A DNA stretch of 64,000 nt, taken from positions 156,426,001 to 156,490,000 of the forward strand of contig NC_042997.1 of the NCBI RefSeq assembly GCF_006345805.1, given 5' to 3'. The notes below the pieces were generated by a model. The model saw only the letters and a program-made list of their open reading frames with translations. It searched no databases and was not told the DNA's origin. Below are positions 36,976-49,574 of this stretch, one piece after another. Each line of letters opens with the position of its first letter. Within the stretch, counting starts at the first letter, position 1. The translations under genes and the position numbers were made by a program. Source of the stretch: Octopus sinensis. Taxonomy: Eukaryota.

Positions 36976-38282
36976 GCGTTTGATAGCATCCCCCACACAT
37001 GGATCCTCAAAACACTAGCCATGAACAAAGTTGCACCAACAATTATAAAATACATAGAACACTCTATGAATAAATGGCAAACAGTGCTACAGCTCCAAAC
37101 AAAAGAGGGACTTGTGAAAACCAAAGCCATCCCCATTAGAAGAGGAATATTCCAGGGAGATACGCTCTCTCCACTCCTTTTCTGCTTGGCACTGTCACCT
37201 CTATCGGATATGCTAAACAGAACTGGATGCGGATATAAATGTTACGGCAAAATGATCAGCCACCTTTTATATATGGATGACCTAAAATTATATGCTACAA
37301 ATGACAAATAGCTGGAAACACTACTAAAGACAGTTCATGGATTTACCAAAGAAATAGATAAGAAATTTGGATTAGAGAAATGCGCCAAAGTAACCCTGAG
37401 AAGAGGAAAACTAATTAAGAGTAGCAACATCACACTAGATAAAACCAATGAAATAAAAGAATTAGACCAAAGCCAAACTTACAAATACTTAGGAATCCAT
37501 GAACTAGATAAGACACAACACACACAAATGAAAGAGAAAATAAAAAAAGAATATTATAGACGAGTTAAATCAATACTAAAAACAGAGCTCAATGCTAAAA
37601 ACAAGATAATAGGTATCAACACTTTAGCCGTCCCAGTTATAAGTTACAGCTACAATATCCTTAACTGGACACTAAATGAACTGACCAAAATAGATAGGAA
37701 AACAAGAAAAATAATGACAGGATCTAGGATGCATCACCCAAAATCTGACATAGAAAGGCTATATATACAACGTATAGATGGTGGTAGAGGCCTTATACAG
37801 CTGGAAAACTACTATAAAATAACCACCATAGGACTGCAAAAATATCTACTTCAGAAGGAAGGAAAACTGATACAAATAGTGGCAAAACACGAGCAAAACA
37901 AAAAACTGTTCTCAGTATTTAAGGAAGCTGACAAATACAAACAAGAAATCATACCACCTAACAAAGAAGAAGAAGAAGAAGAAGAAGAAGAAGAAGAAGA
38001 AGAAGAAGAAGAAGAAGAAGAAGAAGAAGAAGAAGAAGAAGAAGAAGAAGAAGAAAAGCTATAAAACAAATGAAATCCAAACTAAAAATAGAACAGCAAC
38101 GAACCATGATAAAATGATGGCAAGAAAAGCCCCTTCATGGCAAATACTGGACTAAACTAAATGCAAAAGAAATAGACAAAGAAAAATCCTAACAATGGTT
38201 GAGAAGCTCAGGACTCAAAGCAGAGACAGAAGAATTTTTAATTGCAGCACAAGACCAAAGCCTCCCCACCAGAAATTACCAA
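36973..38282 (+). mobile_element. Dong/R4 reverse transcriptase fragment, truncated at both ends
   Basis: AFDSIPHTW, RRGIFQGDTLSPLLFCL, HLLYMDDLKLY (YMDD 37270-37281), YKYLG, GGRGL. One in-frame TAG at 37309-37311; (GAA)30 at 37966-38055; frameshifts after it. Confidence 0.93.
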
Positions 38283-38830
38283 GGAGGAGGAGGAGGAGGA
38301 GGATGGCAGCAGCGGTGGTGGTGATGATGATGATCATCATCATTTAGGCATAAGTTTAGAAAATCTCTGATTTACAAAGACAAGGACAATACCAGTTATT
38401 TACAAATACCATATAAATGACTAATGAATGCAGTGGTAACAAGTATTACATGATACATGATTCAGCAGAACTGAGAGTTTCTGTTTTGAACTGAAATATT
38501 ATATTTATTGAGCTATACTGATATCCTCCCCTCAATGAGGGAAATGAAGGAAAGACAGAACTGAGTAAACAATTCAAACAGAGGTAAATAGCAAAGCTGA
38601 AGTCTTATAACGTCATCAACATTACTTAATGTCCACTTTTCCATGCTTGCATAGACCAGTCAATATCTGTTGAGGCAAACTTTTTAGGTCAATTCCCTTC
38701 CTGTCATTGCTATACTTCACTTATTTCCAAACAAGGTAATATTTTCCCAAACCTAATCATGTTTTTACAAAGGATTGGAACTAAAGGACTTTTTGATACA
38801 ACCTCATATAAATATATATTTTGGTACACT

Positions 38831-38861
<31 letters not shown>

Positions 38862-39418
38862 TCATTTGTCCAAGTACATAAATCTGGAGGAGAAGCAGAC
38901 TCTAAGATGTAGAGCAGTTAATATTATAGTGGGGTAGGCGGGTTTATGGGGTTACCCTGGGTTTCTCACTCATAAAGGGTTTAGCCTTACAGCATATCTT
39001 CAGACCCCAAACTCTGCTGACCTGAGACCTCTTTAAAATATCTTATGAAGCAATCGCCAATCTCTGCTTCTGAGTCAGACTTGACCAGTATCTCAAAATA
39101 TATTGAAGTTGATGAGGACAGGATATGAAAATTCCATTTTGATGTTCAGGAAAACATCCAAATAAAGAGAATTCTTCAGATTACTCACTTCTCTGCTAAA
39201 GAGACACTGCACCAATTGCTGTTAAAACATAGCCTGCATTTTTCAGTCAACCTCCAGTTGATATTATATGTCACAGCCTTTTCTTACACTAGCCAGGCAC
39301 ATATAACCATTTTAACCAACAAAAGAGAATTAATTTTGGAATGTCTTGAAAACAACTTGCACATGCAAGTGCTACCAGTCAAAAACTCTGCATGCCGGAA
39401 ACCAGCAAGTTTATAGGG

Positions 39419-39523
39419 TCATCAGGAGAGAATGCATGCCGTTTCGGGGCCTACCTCTCAACAGCATCAATGCACACCAGCCCCCCTCACTGATATGAGG
39501 CCCCGCTTGCTATATCAGCTGGT
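39419..39523. other. GC-rich structured element with degenerate hammerhead-like core motifs (-) and pseudoknot potential
   Basis: Minus strand CTGTTGA-gagtaggcccc-GAAA-cggcatgc-attc-tctc-CTGATGA; complementary pairs ggggcct/aggcccc, accagc/gctggt, ctgatat/atatcag. Confidence 0.25.
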
Positions 39524-39527
39524 TATC

Positions 39528-39559
<32 letters not shown>

Positions 39560-39919
39560 GTTTAACGTCCGCTTTCCATGCTAGCATAAAGCTCAATATT
39601 CTTCTAGCCATCGCTTATCGTCTCTTTTTAACCAAATCCAGTGGCTAGCCTTCCCCACTGTAGTTTGGATATCGGTCATGATGGTATTGACTTTACGATG
39701 AGTTAGGCCTAGCGATAACAACAGTCTTCTCACACTGTGTCCAACAAACCCTCTACATCCAACTAAAGCCTTCACTAAAATGAATTTTGATAAATTCATT
39801 TTCTCAGCTTTCCTAAAACTAAGTGGTTTACTTTTGCTCTTGCACTTCTACCTGACTGGATATACCTAATAGAGAACTTCATACCTCTAATAATGTAGTT
39901 TCATTTATGTCTAACAAAT

Positions 39920-40125
39920 CAGGTGGCAAGCTGGCAGAACCATTAGCACACCAGGCAAAATGGTAGTGGTATTTCATCTGTCTTTACATTCTGGACTCAA
40001 ATTTCGCTGAGATCGGCTTTGCCTTTCATCCTTGCAGGATTGATAAAATAAGTACCAGTTGAACATTGGGGTTGATGTAAAAAAACTTATCCCCTCCTCC
40101 GAAATTGCTGGCCCTGTGCCAAGAT
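39920..40125 (+). mobile_element. Family A-type SINE, diverged
   Basis: aggtggcaagctggcagaaccattagcac...ctttgcctttcatcc...gataaaataagtaccagt. Confidence 0.85.
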
Positions 40126-41469
40126 TTGAAACTGTTATGTCTGAAACAAATATTGTGGTTAAAACAACTCCACCAGATGACACTCAGGAAATGAAAACAT
40201 ACTATGGAAAATATCCAACACATAGCAACTCTACCTGCAAACACATTAAGGTTGAAACATCCCCAACAAAAGACTATCAGTTCTAAGTACAGAACTATGG
40301 CTAGATATCATATGTTGCAAGAAACACATCTTCTACTCACAATATATGAAACTTATGCCTCCTAGAGCTCTGTTATGTCAACAAATGTAAAAGTATACAT
40401 CTTGATAGCAAGCCTAGAAAGGTTCATTAGAAATATATCTCATAAGTGTCTACTCTGTGAACTGAGAAAATATACAGGATTTCATCCATTGCATGCATCA
40501 TACAACTAAACAAAATATTCACCAAGTTTAATACAAAAAACTTCTCTGCCAAGATTATACCCTTCGAATAGCATCTAATAGTTCTCCTGTACTTTTGATA
40601 GCATTTTTTTTTTTTTTTTAGGTTAATCATGAGCCATGGGACTCTAGGCCAAAGTTTAATCCAGTTTCTATTGTATATAACTGACTGAGATTTCAACACC
40701 CCTACCCACACTGAACAGGACACCAATCTTTTGCCTGGTTAGCTTCCAAGTTTTTGCTTGAACTCCTTTATAGCTGAGTGAACTGAAGCAACATGAAAGA
40801 AGTATTTCACACAAGGACACAGTGCAATGCCCACTTGAGGAATGAAATCCACAATCTTGTTACTGTGAATGCAAAACCCATATTACTAGGCCATCTTCCT
40901 TGACCTGTTGTGTTTCCTTCCATGTATAGCTTCTATTGTAAAAAGAGTCATTCAGTGTGAATTTTTCCAGTAAACAGCATCACTCTTTCAGCTACAAGAA
41001 TTTTTTTCTCATAATTCCTTGGTCTTTAGATTTTCAGATCAATGTAACTCCAGTTCTTGGAAAAATATTTGAACACAAGCTAAAAGAATGACATATTCAA
41101 AACATCTGAAGCCACATTTTAACACCATTTATTATATTTATTCTATGTTCAATATCACACTTGTCTATTTCAGCTATAAATAATTAAAGAAATAAAATGA
41201 AGACCAGAAGATTGTTTACAAAATGTAGATGATTAGTTATTTAGAATTATTTCAGTTTATTATTTACCTCCAACATTTCTTCTTTTACTGGATTCAGTCA
41301 TTAGATTGTGACCATGCTGGAACACTACATTTAATAGTTGTGGCCGATTATATTGATTTGAAGCTAAATGTCCCTCAATATGTGTGAATATTTGTGTATG
41401 AGGAGCTGAGAGCATCTTGACATTGTCTGACAGTTGTAAAATGCATGTCACAATCATAAAGTAACGTCT

Positions 41470-41880
41470 TTCAATTTCAATCTTCTAGGAAAACACCCCT
41501 GGTCATGGGAATTACTACCTTACTTGGAAACAGGTGAAGGTTAGCAACAGGAAGAGCATTGGGTCTTCAAAAATTTGCCTCGACAAATACCTGTTTCTTT
41601 ATTACCCACAAGGGGCTAAACATAGAGGGGACAAACAAGGACAGACAAATGGATTAAGTCGATTACATCGACCCCAGTGCGTAACTGGTACTTAATTTAT
41701 CGACCCTGAAAGGTTGAAAGGCAAAGTCGACCTCGGTGGAATTTGAACTCAGAACGTAACGGCAGACAAAATATGGCTACGCATTTCGCCCGGCATGCTA
41801 ACGGTTCTGCCAGCTCGCCTCAACAAATACCATTAATCTATGTAAGCATAGAAAAGTAGACATTAAAATGATGATGATGA
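41470..41880 (+). mobile_element. RTE-tailed SINE fragment interrupted by a family A SINE
   Basis: catgggaattactaccttacttggaaacaggtgaaggttagcaac...[insert]...gacattaaaatgatgatgat. Confidence 0.75.
41592..41816 (-). mobile_element. Full-length family A SINE with ~15-bp TSD, nested
   Basis: gcctc(g/a)acaaatacc at 41577-41591 and 41817-41831. Confidence 0.92.
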
Positions 41881-42792
41881 CTACGAAGCTGAAGATGATG
41901 AACAGTATTTTGATCATTTTGTGGTGGCAGAACCCACACCAGTGGCTATGATTAACAGAAGTTAATTAAGTAATATGTAATAGGATATAATAAAATACAT
42001 GCTGTAACAATAATTCAGTGTTGAAACCCTATTGTGGAGCATCGTTTTCTCTCAACTATGCTGACATTTAGGCATTTATCTGTCTAACTGGAAGGAAAAC
42101 AACTTCCATAATGATATCAGATTTCGATGAATATCTATAAAATATTATCGAAAATTATCAGAAAGAATTTTAAACAACATGTGGCGGAAGCAAACCCAAA
42201 AGAAGGTTTAGATTTGATATACTATAAATGTCACCTAGACCTACCATCAAGGTGAGGAATGTTATGGGCTATCATAAAATTTTGAATTAATTAGATGATC
42301 ACAATATCTGAAAGAGAAAGAAATAATCTTTCTACTCATTTCACATTGACATACATCATCTGCCAAGCTACAGGTTTACTCCTTATTCACAATATTTCTC
42401 ACTTAACATTCTACATATAAAATATAAACATGAAATATAAATATATATGTGAAAATAAATCAGAAATAAATATATTCAAAATATTCTTAACATTAAAATT
42501 AAACATAAAGAAACTAGAAACATATGAGATATAAAGATATATTAAATATATATATATATATCAGTATACCAGTGTTGTAAAAAAAACAACACTTTTGTTA
42601 ATAGAAAATGGTGTATTCAGTGAAAATAGCAGGAAAAACCATAGATAAGTTTCTTAAATAAAACCTTAGCACTTTATATTTAACAAAAAAATATATTTCA
42701 AAAATGTGATGGTGCTTTTAACACTTGTGAAGCTTTTCATAATAGAACTTTTAATACAAAAGTGTGTGGATGTATGTACGTATATATATATA

Positions 42793-43305
42793 TAACGAAA
42801 GGTAATTTGTATATCCAATTAAATATGGATGCCTTGTTAGAACAAGAAATATTGCATTATTAGCCTTGAGAAATCCTCTATAGAGGCACTTGGTGCATAA
42901 AGCACACACATAGATCATAGCAGATGAAAGTCATCTGTCATGGATGCTGGAATTCCGATATCATGTGATTTCAGTCTTTTGGACCTCCTCAGTGGAAAAC
43001 ACCAATCAGTGGATGTCAGTCAAATTTCACTCCCACAATATATAGAATATCAACATCTTTTCAGACATTGATGTCATAAATGGCTAACAGACTAATTAGA
43101 AATTAATTATTAGCAATGGAAGCAGTATTAATACGAAAAGGGAATCTTTATATCCAACTTAGCATGAATGCCTTGTTAGAACACCAAATATTAGCTTTGA
43201 AAGATTCTCTCATATAGGTGCTTAGTGCATAAAAGCACATGCATAGATCACAGCAGATGAAATTTGTTTGACATGAGGGCTGAAATTCCCATATCACAAG
43301 TGTGA
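42793..43305. repeat. Diverged direct duplication of ~175 bp, period ~340 bp
   Basis: Shared atgccttgttagaaca, gtgcataaa-gcaca, catagatca-agcagatgaaa and gctg-aattcc-atatca at 42793-42975 and 43131-43305. Confidence 0.8.
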
Positions 43306-43872
43306 ATTGCTGCTTATGCATGCAGGAGGAGAAGGTTTCACCCCTAGTATTTAAAATGTTCATTGCTGATGTTATGATATTTAATCAAGTTTTATGTCAA
43401 AATATGTGAAAATATGTGAAACTCCACAATTATGTGCACATATGTACAAATATGAACAATTATATGCACACACTTAAACATGAACAAAATACATACTGCA
43501 GGTGTGTGTGTATATATCTATGCGTGCACATATTCTGCATGGATGTACATGTGCATAGATGTGTGTATTCATATTCATATTTATATTATATTTATAAACT
43601 TGAATGTGACCAGAACTAATGCAAGGGAAATAATAATTGGGAGTTGTTTCACCTGATCTATATATTTATGTTTATTTCAAAATCCCTCACAGTTTTGTGA
43701 AGATTTGTTGTATTCTCATCTAAAATAGGAATAAGTACCAATATCCCAAGTGGCAGGTTTGATAATTGCTGAGAATTCTCTGCATGAAACCAATGGTAAC
43801 CTTGCTAACACACAAATAAAGGATATTTATCGACCAATGTGGTGTTGAGAACTCTCAATGTTCGATATTAGC

Positions 43873-43904
<32 letters not shown>

Positions 43905-45935
43905 ACACACATACAGATTATTTATACATTTCATATATCTATATATGATAATAATTGAAAGAGAAATGTTGTATTAAATAATATGATTTGGAAATGTTGC
44001 AAATGGCTGTAAAGCAGTGAAATTCGTCTAATCTATGAAAAGGTAGAAGGAAATTCTGCTTTGTAATAATTTATCTGGAAATAATGATAAAAAGAATGTC
44101 AACTGAAAATCTTTTTGTGTAATTTATTGCTTCCACTTTAAGTTTGAAACTTGTAGCTGACTAAACATCATAACTAATTAAAAAGCTATAATCTGCAAGT
44201 GGTTAAGAAAACAACAACCTATATGAATGGGGGGGAAAAGAGAAATAACAAAGTTACAAAAATAACAGCACATTATTCTATTTAGAAGGACTGCCTGAAT
44301 TGCATCTATTATGTTTCCACAGGGACAAAATAAATGTTTGAATTATTGTGATGCCATTATGAACCCAATGCATTGAGAATCAGTGAATGTTGAAAATGTT
44401 CTAATTTTGTAAGAGCTTCTATTTGCTTATCTGCACTAAAAGTGTTGCTATTAGCAACAAGCCTAGAGGGGGAGTGTTTTTATGACTGCTCCAAGCTTGA
44501 TAATGGCACTTACACTGTGGAAGAAATGCATTCAGCCACAGAATGAAAACAATATATAAGTTTTAATGGACTACTAAGGAAAAATTTGAAGAAATGAAAC
44601 AAAAATGATAACAAGAAATCAATACATTAATGTGTTAATGTATGAAGTTAAGTCATTGTATTCTTTCAGTTATCTAAATTGTAAGCTGGCAGCTGTTAAT
44701 GAGTTTGCCATCAATAGGGAATCCAGCCAGTAAGTTGACAAATCAAGAATGTTCACTACTTAACAAAGTTAAGATTTTCTTCAGTTCAGTATTTTCTTGT
44801 AGAGAGTTTTGGCATCATTTATTTAATAGAATTAATTTTAATGTTATTTTGTTTGTTTTTTTTTTTGTTTTTGTTTTGTTTTTTCAGGAAATGAAGCAGT
44901 GGAGAAAATTTATTGACAACAATTTAAAAGGCAACAGGAAATTTTTCTCAAACTAAAACACAAACACATACTCATACATATGCAAATTGATGCATATACA
45001 GAATATATGTGCATGTACGTGTGCACGCATGTGTATCATCATCATCATCATCATCATTTAACGTCACTCTCATACATCATCAGTATTAGCAAAAGCAGTA
45101 ATGCTAATTTATATTAAGTATTGTTTCCCAAAGACAATATAGGAGATGACAAGGAACATAGTAACCCCATGAGTCTAAACAAATCAAGATGTGCCAGTGA
45201 GAGAGCCTCTACATGGAAGCTCAACTCACTAGAAATAGCAGCCAAATCTCACTCAAATTCCACTCTATCATCATAAAGAATGAAAGGGCACATTAGGTAA
45301 TGTAGTTCTAGTTACACCATGTTTGAAAGATTTAAGGAAAAAAAAAAGATTGTCACTACTATGATGGCTTTGATCACAGGTCTGCTCAGTCACAGGTCTA
45401 CTCAGTCAGGACTTGACTGCAAGGCTAAACAATAAAACCAACAGATTAGGTTCAGGATCAGGTTCAAGACAACTGACTCTGCTTTTGTTTTCTCTACTGT
45501 GAAAACAAGTATCATGAAGCTGCTCTACCATGAAAGCATTCCTCTGATTATTCTTCCCTAGAACATAGCACTCAATCAAAATCCATAGCCCGGAGAAACT
45601 GTCGCCACATAGTAAGCAATGCAATCTCCAATTTCCATCTTTTCCAGACACCAGCCAGCATGACTTAACTGATTTAGTAAAATATTTGAGCTTTGCAATC
45701 ACATTATGCTGTGTTACAAGCAACAGATAGTCTAATAGGACTTAGCTTCTCTTAAGAATGCTTAGCTGTTGGTTTCTTTATGAGGGGTTCTTACATCCTT
45801 TGGTAGGTTTTAATTTTATTCCTGCTATATTTTCCCCAAGTAAACTGGTCTGGGTTGGCCAGTTTAATAACCAATCACTCAGCCACAAGATAGATTGTAC
45901 TAGACTACATCATGCCAGTAGCATGTAGACCTTAC

Positions 45936-45938
45936 CTC
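45936..45938 (-). other. Candidate 3-nt microexon GAG
   Basis: gactattagcctctgttttag|GAG|gtaagg. Confidence 0.12.
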
Positions 45939-46886
45939 CTAAAACAGAGGCTAATAGTCACTGCTGGAACTCTTTTGATTAAGGGCTTCGTTAACAACAA
46001 CAATCTAACAACTATCTTTCTACTAGTGTCATATGTACTAATTTTCTTCAAAATTTGTACAATAGTACATGATGTAGTGTCAGAATTAACACAAACACTC
46101 TTTTAGGTTAATGATAAAAAGGTTTTAGTCTTCTATTACATTTACATTAAGCATCGTTTATAGGAATATTAATCAACCCCAACATTTGACCAGTATTTTA
46201 TTTTACGGATCCAGTGAGATGAAAGGCAAAGTTGACTACAGACAAAATTTGAACTTAGAACTGAATGCCACAAAACACTAATAATACTGCTAATCTACCA
46301 TCAATAAGTCAAATGGTGTAGCTAAGCAATTCTAAGCATATTTTCACTGAAATTTATCAGAAATAAGTTGAGATGTGGAGATATGTATGTATTTTTATTT
46401 TTTTTAAATGAGAAAATGGAGGAAAAAAAAATTAGGATAATAAATTACTGAAGTTGATGTGTTTGAAGATATTAAGGTATCTTCTCAGGTTTCTCAATCT
46501 TTCATAATTTTAAATATTTTATGAATACTTTTATTTATTTATTTGGTTTTTTTTTTGTTTTTGTTTTGCCTATAAAATTTGAATTCCAAGCCAAATATTT
46601 CATGTTGTATAAATTCCGTTTCTAATTTCCAAAAACCATTTCATGCAATCTTTATTTAGAATAATTGATTTTAATATTGGTTTTCCTCAAAATATTACAA
46701 GAAAAAAAAATCTTGGGGATGATTAAGAGAAAGTGTTAATGATTACAAGGAATTCAACTCACACCTTTATGATCGATTGGCTTCAACAGTCTTTTGCTCA
46801 AAATTTACATTACTAACTCAAACAAACGTCTGGTTTTGCTCTTGGTTGTTGTTTTCTAAAGAGTGAGGAGCATCAGAAAAAATACT

Positions 46887-47303
46887 TCACAGTATTGGCT
46901 GTGTGGTAAGTAGCTTGCTAACCAACCATTTGGTTCCAGGTTCAGTCCCACTGCATGGCATCTTGGGCAAGTGTCTTCTACTATAGCCCCGGGGCCAACC
47001 AAAGCCTTGTGAGTAGATTTGGTGGATGGATACTGAAAGAAGCCCGTCGTATATATGTATATATATATATATGTGTGTGTGCATGTTTGTGTGTCTGTCT
47101 TTGTCCCCCTAGCATTGCTTGACAACCGATGCTGGTGTGTTTACGTCCCTGTCACTTAGGGGTTCGGAAAAAGAGACTGATAGAATAAGTACTGGGCTTA
47201 CAAAGAATAAGTCTCGGGGTCAATTTGCTCGACTAAAGGCGGTGCTCCAGCATGGCCGCGGTCAAATGACTGAAAAGAGTAAAAGAGTAAAGAGTAAAGA
47301 GTA
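46887..47303 (+). mobile_element. Full-length SINE family B
   Basis: tRNA-like head, CORE-like cttgggcaagtgtcttctactatagc, (TA)(TG) middle, tail gctccagcatggccgcggtcaaatgactgaaa. Confidence 0.92.
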
Positions 47304-47589
47304 TTACAACATGGATGCAACATGACTGAATAGTCAAGAAGTTTACTTCATGATCATGAGATCCCTTGTTCAATTCCAGTGCATGGCACACATGCTTTTT
47401 ACCATAGTCTTTAGTATGAACTGCATGTCTAAGGTCAACCCAAGCTTTGTGAATAACAGTAGAAACTGTATGGAAGCTCATTTGATGGAATGTACCTGTA
47501 ATTCAAAGGTTTAACCGTGTCACACTGATATCACCTGAGAATGATATTATGGTTATACATGTCTGTGGAATGTTCAGTCATTTCTTACA

Positions 47590-47958
47590 CTTTTTGCTTG
47601 CTTCAGTCATTGGATTGCAGCCATGCTGGACCACCACCTTGAAGGGTTCAGTTGAACAAATTGACCCCTATACTTATTTCTTTTATTTAAGATGTGTACT
47701 GATTTTATAAGTCTCTTTCACTAAACCACAAGGTTATGAGAACACAAACAAACCAACACTAGCTATCAAGCACAAGGACAAATGCACACACATACACAAT
47801 GGGCTTCCACACAGTTTCCGTTTACTAAATTCACTGACAAAGTGTTCATTGACCAGGGACTATAGTAGAAAACACCTGTCCAAGATTCCACACAACAGGA
47901 CTGAACCTGAAGCCATGTAGCGGCAAAGAGAGCTTACTTTACCATACAGCCATGCCTG
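47590..47958 (-). mobile_element. Diverged SINE family B, inverted relative to its neighbours
   Basis: Reverse tail at 47590-47700 and reverse head at 47800-47958. Confidence 0.75.
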
Positions 47959-48267
47959 TGAACTAATTCACGTAGTAGATAGATCAGTTGATCAAACAAC
48001 TGAATACTCATTGTCAACACCAACAGAACTCCATTTACATCACAGGAAAGTTGCTCTCTCTCTCTCTCTCTCTCTCTCTCTTGAAAGGCTTTGCTTAAAA
48101 CATCTAAATTTTCATTTCCCTGTTGCATACAAATTCATCTAAATTTATGTTTCATAAATCATTTTAGCTAACACAGATCAACATTAGTTTCTCAGCCTCT
48201 GGTATTTTGTTGCTTTAAGGTATTTGTATCATGTGGTTTGGAAACTAAATCCTGCTATGCTCAATTT

Positions 48268-48649
48268 GTAGGAGTGGCTGTGTGTGGTAAGTAGCTTGCT
48301 TACCAACCACATGGTTCCAGGTTCAGTTCCACTGCGTGGCACCTTGGGTAAGTGTCTTCTACTATAGCCTCGGGCTGACCAAAGCCTTGTGAGTGGATTT
48401 GGTAGATGGAAACTGAAAGAAGCCCGTCATATATATGTATATATATATGTGTGTGTGTCTGTGTTTGTCCCCACAACATCACTTGACAACCGATGGTGGG
48501 GTGTTTACGTCCCCATCACTTAGCAGTTCAGCAAAAGAGACTGATAGAATAAGTACTAGGCTTACAAAGAATAAGTCCTGGGGTCGATTTGATCGACTAA
48601 AGGTGGTTTTCCAGCATGGCCACAGTCAAATGACTGAAACAAGTAAAAG
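48268..48649 (+). mobile_element. Full-length SINE family B
   Basis: Co-linear with 46887-47303. Confidence 0.93.
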
Positions 48650-49409
48650 CATTCCTCCAATTCACAAAAATAAAAAGAGGTTTTTTTCTTTTTTTACCCC
48701 ACCTATAATACTAACATGAACAAATGCTTAGAACTACCATAGTTATACATATAATAAGAAAGCTTTAACTTATTTTCAAAGGTTGATCCGGTATTTAATA
48801 ATGAGTTCAATATAGTTCTCTTAAAATAATGTGTTTAATACAGTTCAGAACTAAAAGCTAAAAGTAGTATAAAACAATATTTGACCAACAGAATCTTCTG
48901 TTTATGTGTTTAATGCCCGTTATCTGATGTTATAAACTCAGATTGTTAATGTCAAAGTTTAGATAAAGTTAATATTTTAATATATTTGAGCCAACACTGA
49001 AGTTTCAGATTCACTGGTCTACTGTCAGAAATGTCAAAGAAACAGATAATAGAAACTATAAATTCAAACTAGTTATTAATGAAATGCCATGATGAATATC
49101 AGTAACAGGCAGAAATTAATTGGTTGTTATCAAAAGTGACCAACATTACTTGATCTTTGTAACTAAACCCTATATCACTGTATGTGCAGCATGTGTCAGA
49201 AGCATTGAAAGTAGTGTACTTGGGGTGAGGGTGATGGCATAGTCCTTACTCTTTGGGAACAGGTGTGAATGGATGTGAAATTTTCTTTAATTACTTATAA
49301 TACTTGTTAATTATGGTAACAACACCAAAATTACCTTTGTAGCCGAGCACAGAGAACTCTTGATAGGTATATATATTCACAAGGCACATTTTAAGAAAAC
49401 ATATGTACA

Positions 49410-49574
49410 TAGGCACAGGTGTGGCTGTATGGTAAGAAACTTGCTTCCCAACCACATGGTCTGGGTTCAGTCCCACTGCATGGCACCTTGGGCAAGTGTC
49501 TTCTACTATAGCTTCAGGCCTACCAAAACCTTGTGAGTGGATTTGATAGATGGAAACTGAAAGAAGCCTGTCCT
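49410..49574 (+). mobile_element. SINE family B head
   Basis: ggcacaggtgtggctgtatggtaagaaac...gaaactgaaagaagcc. Confidence 0.88.
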
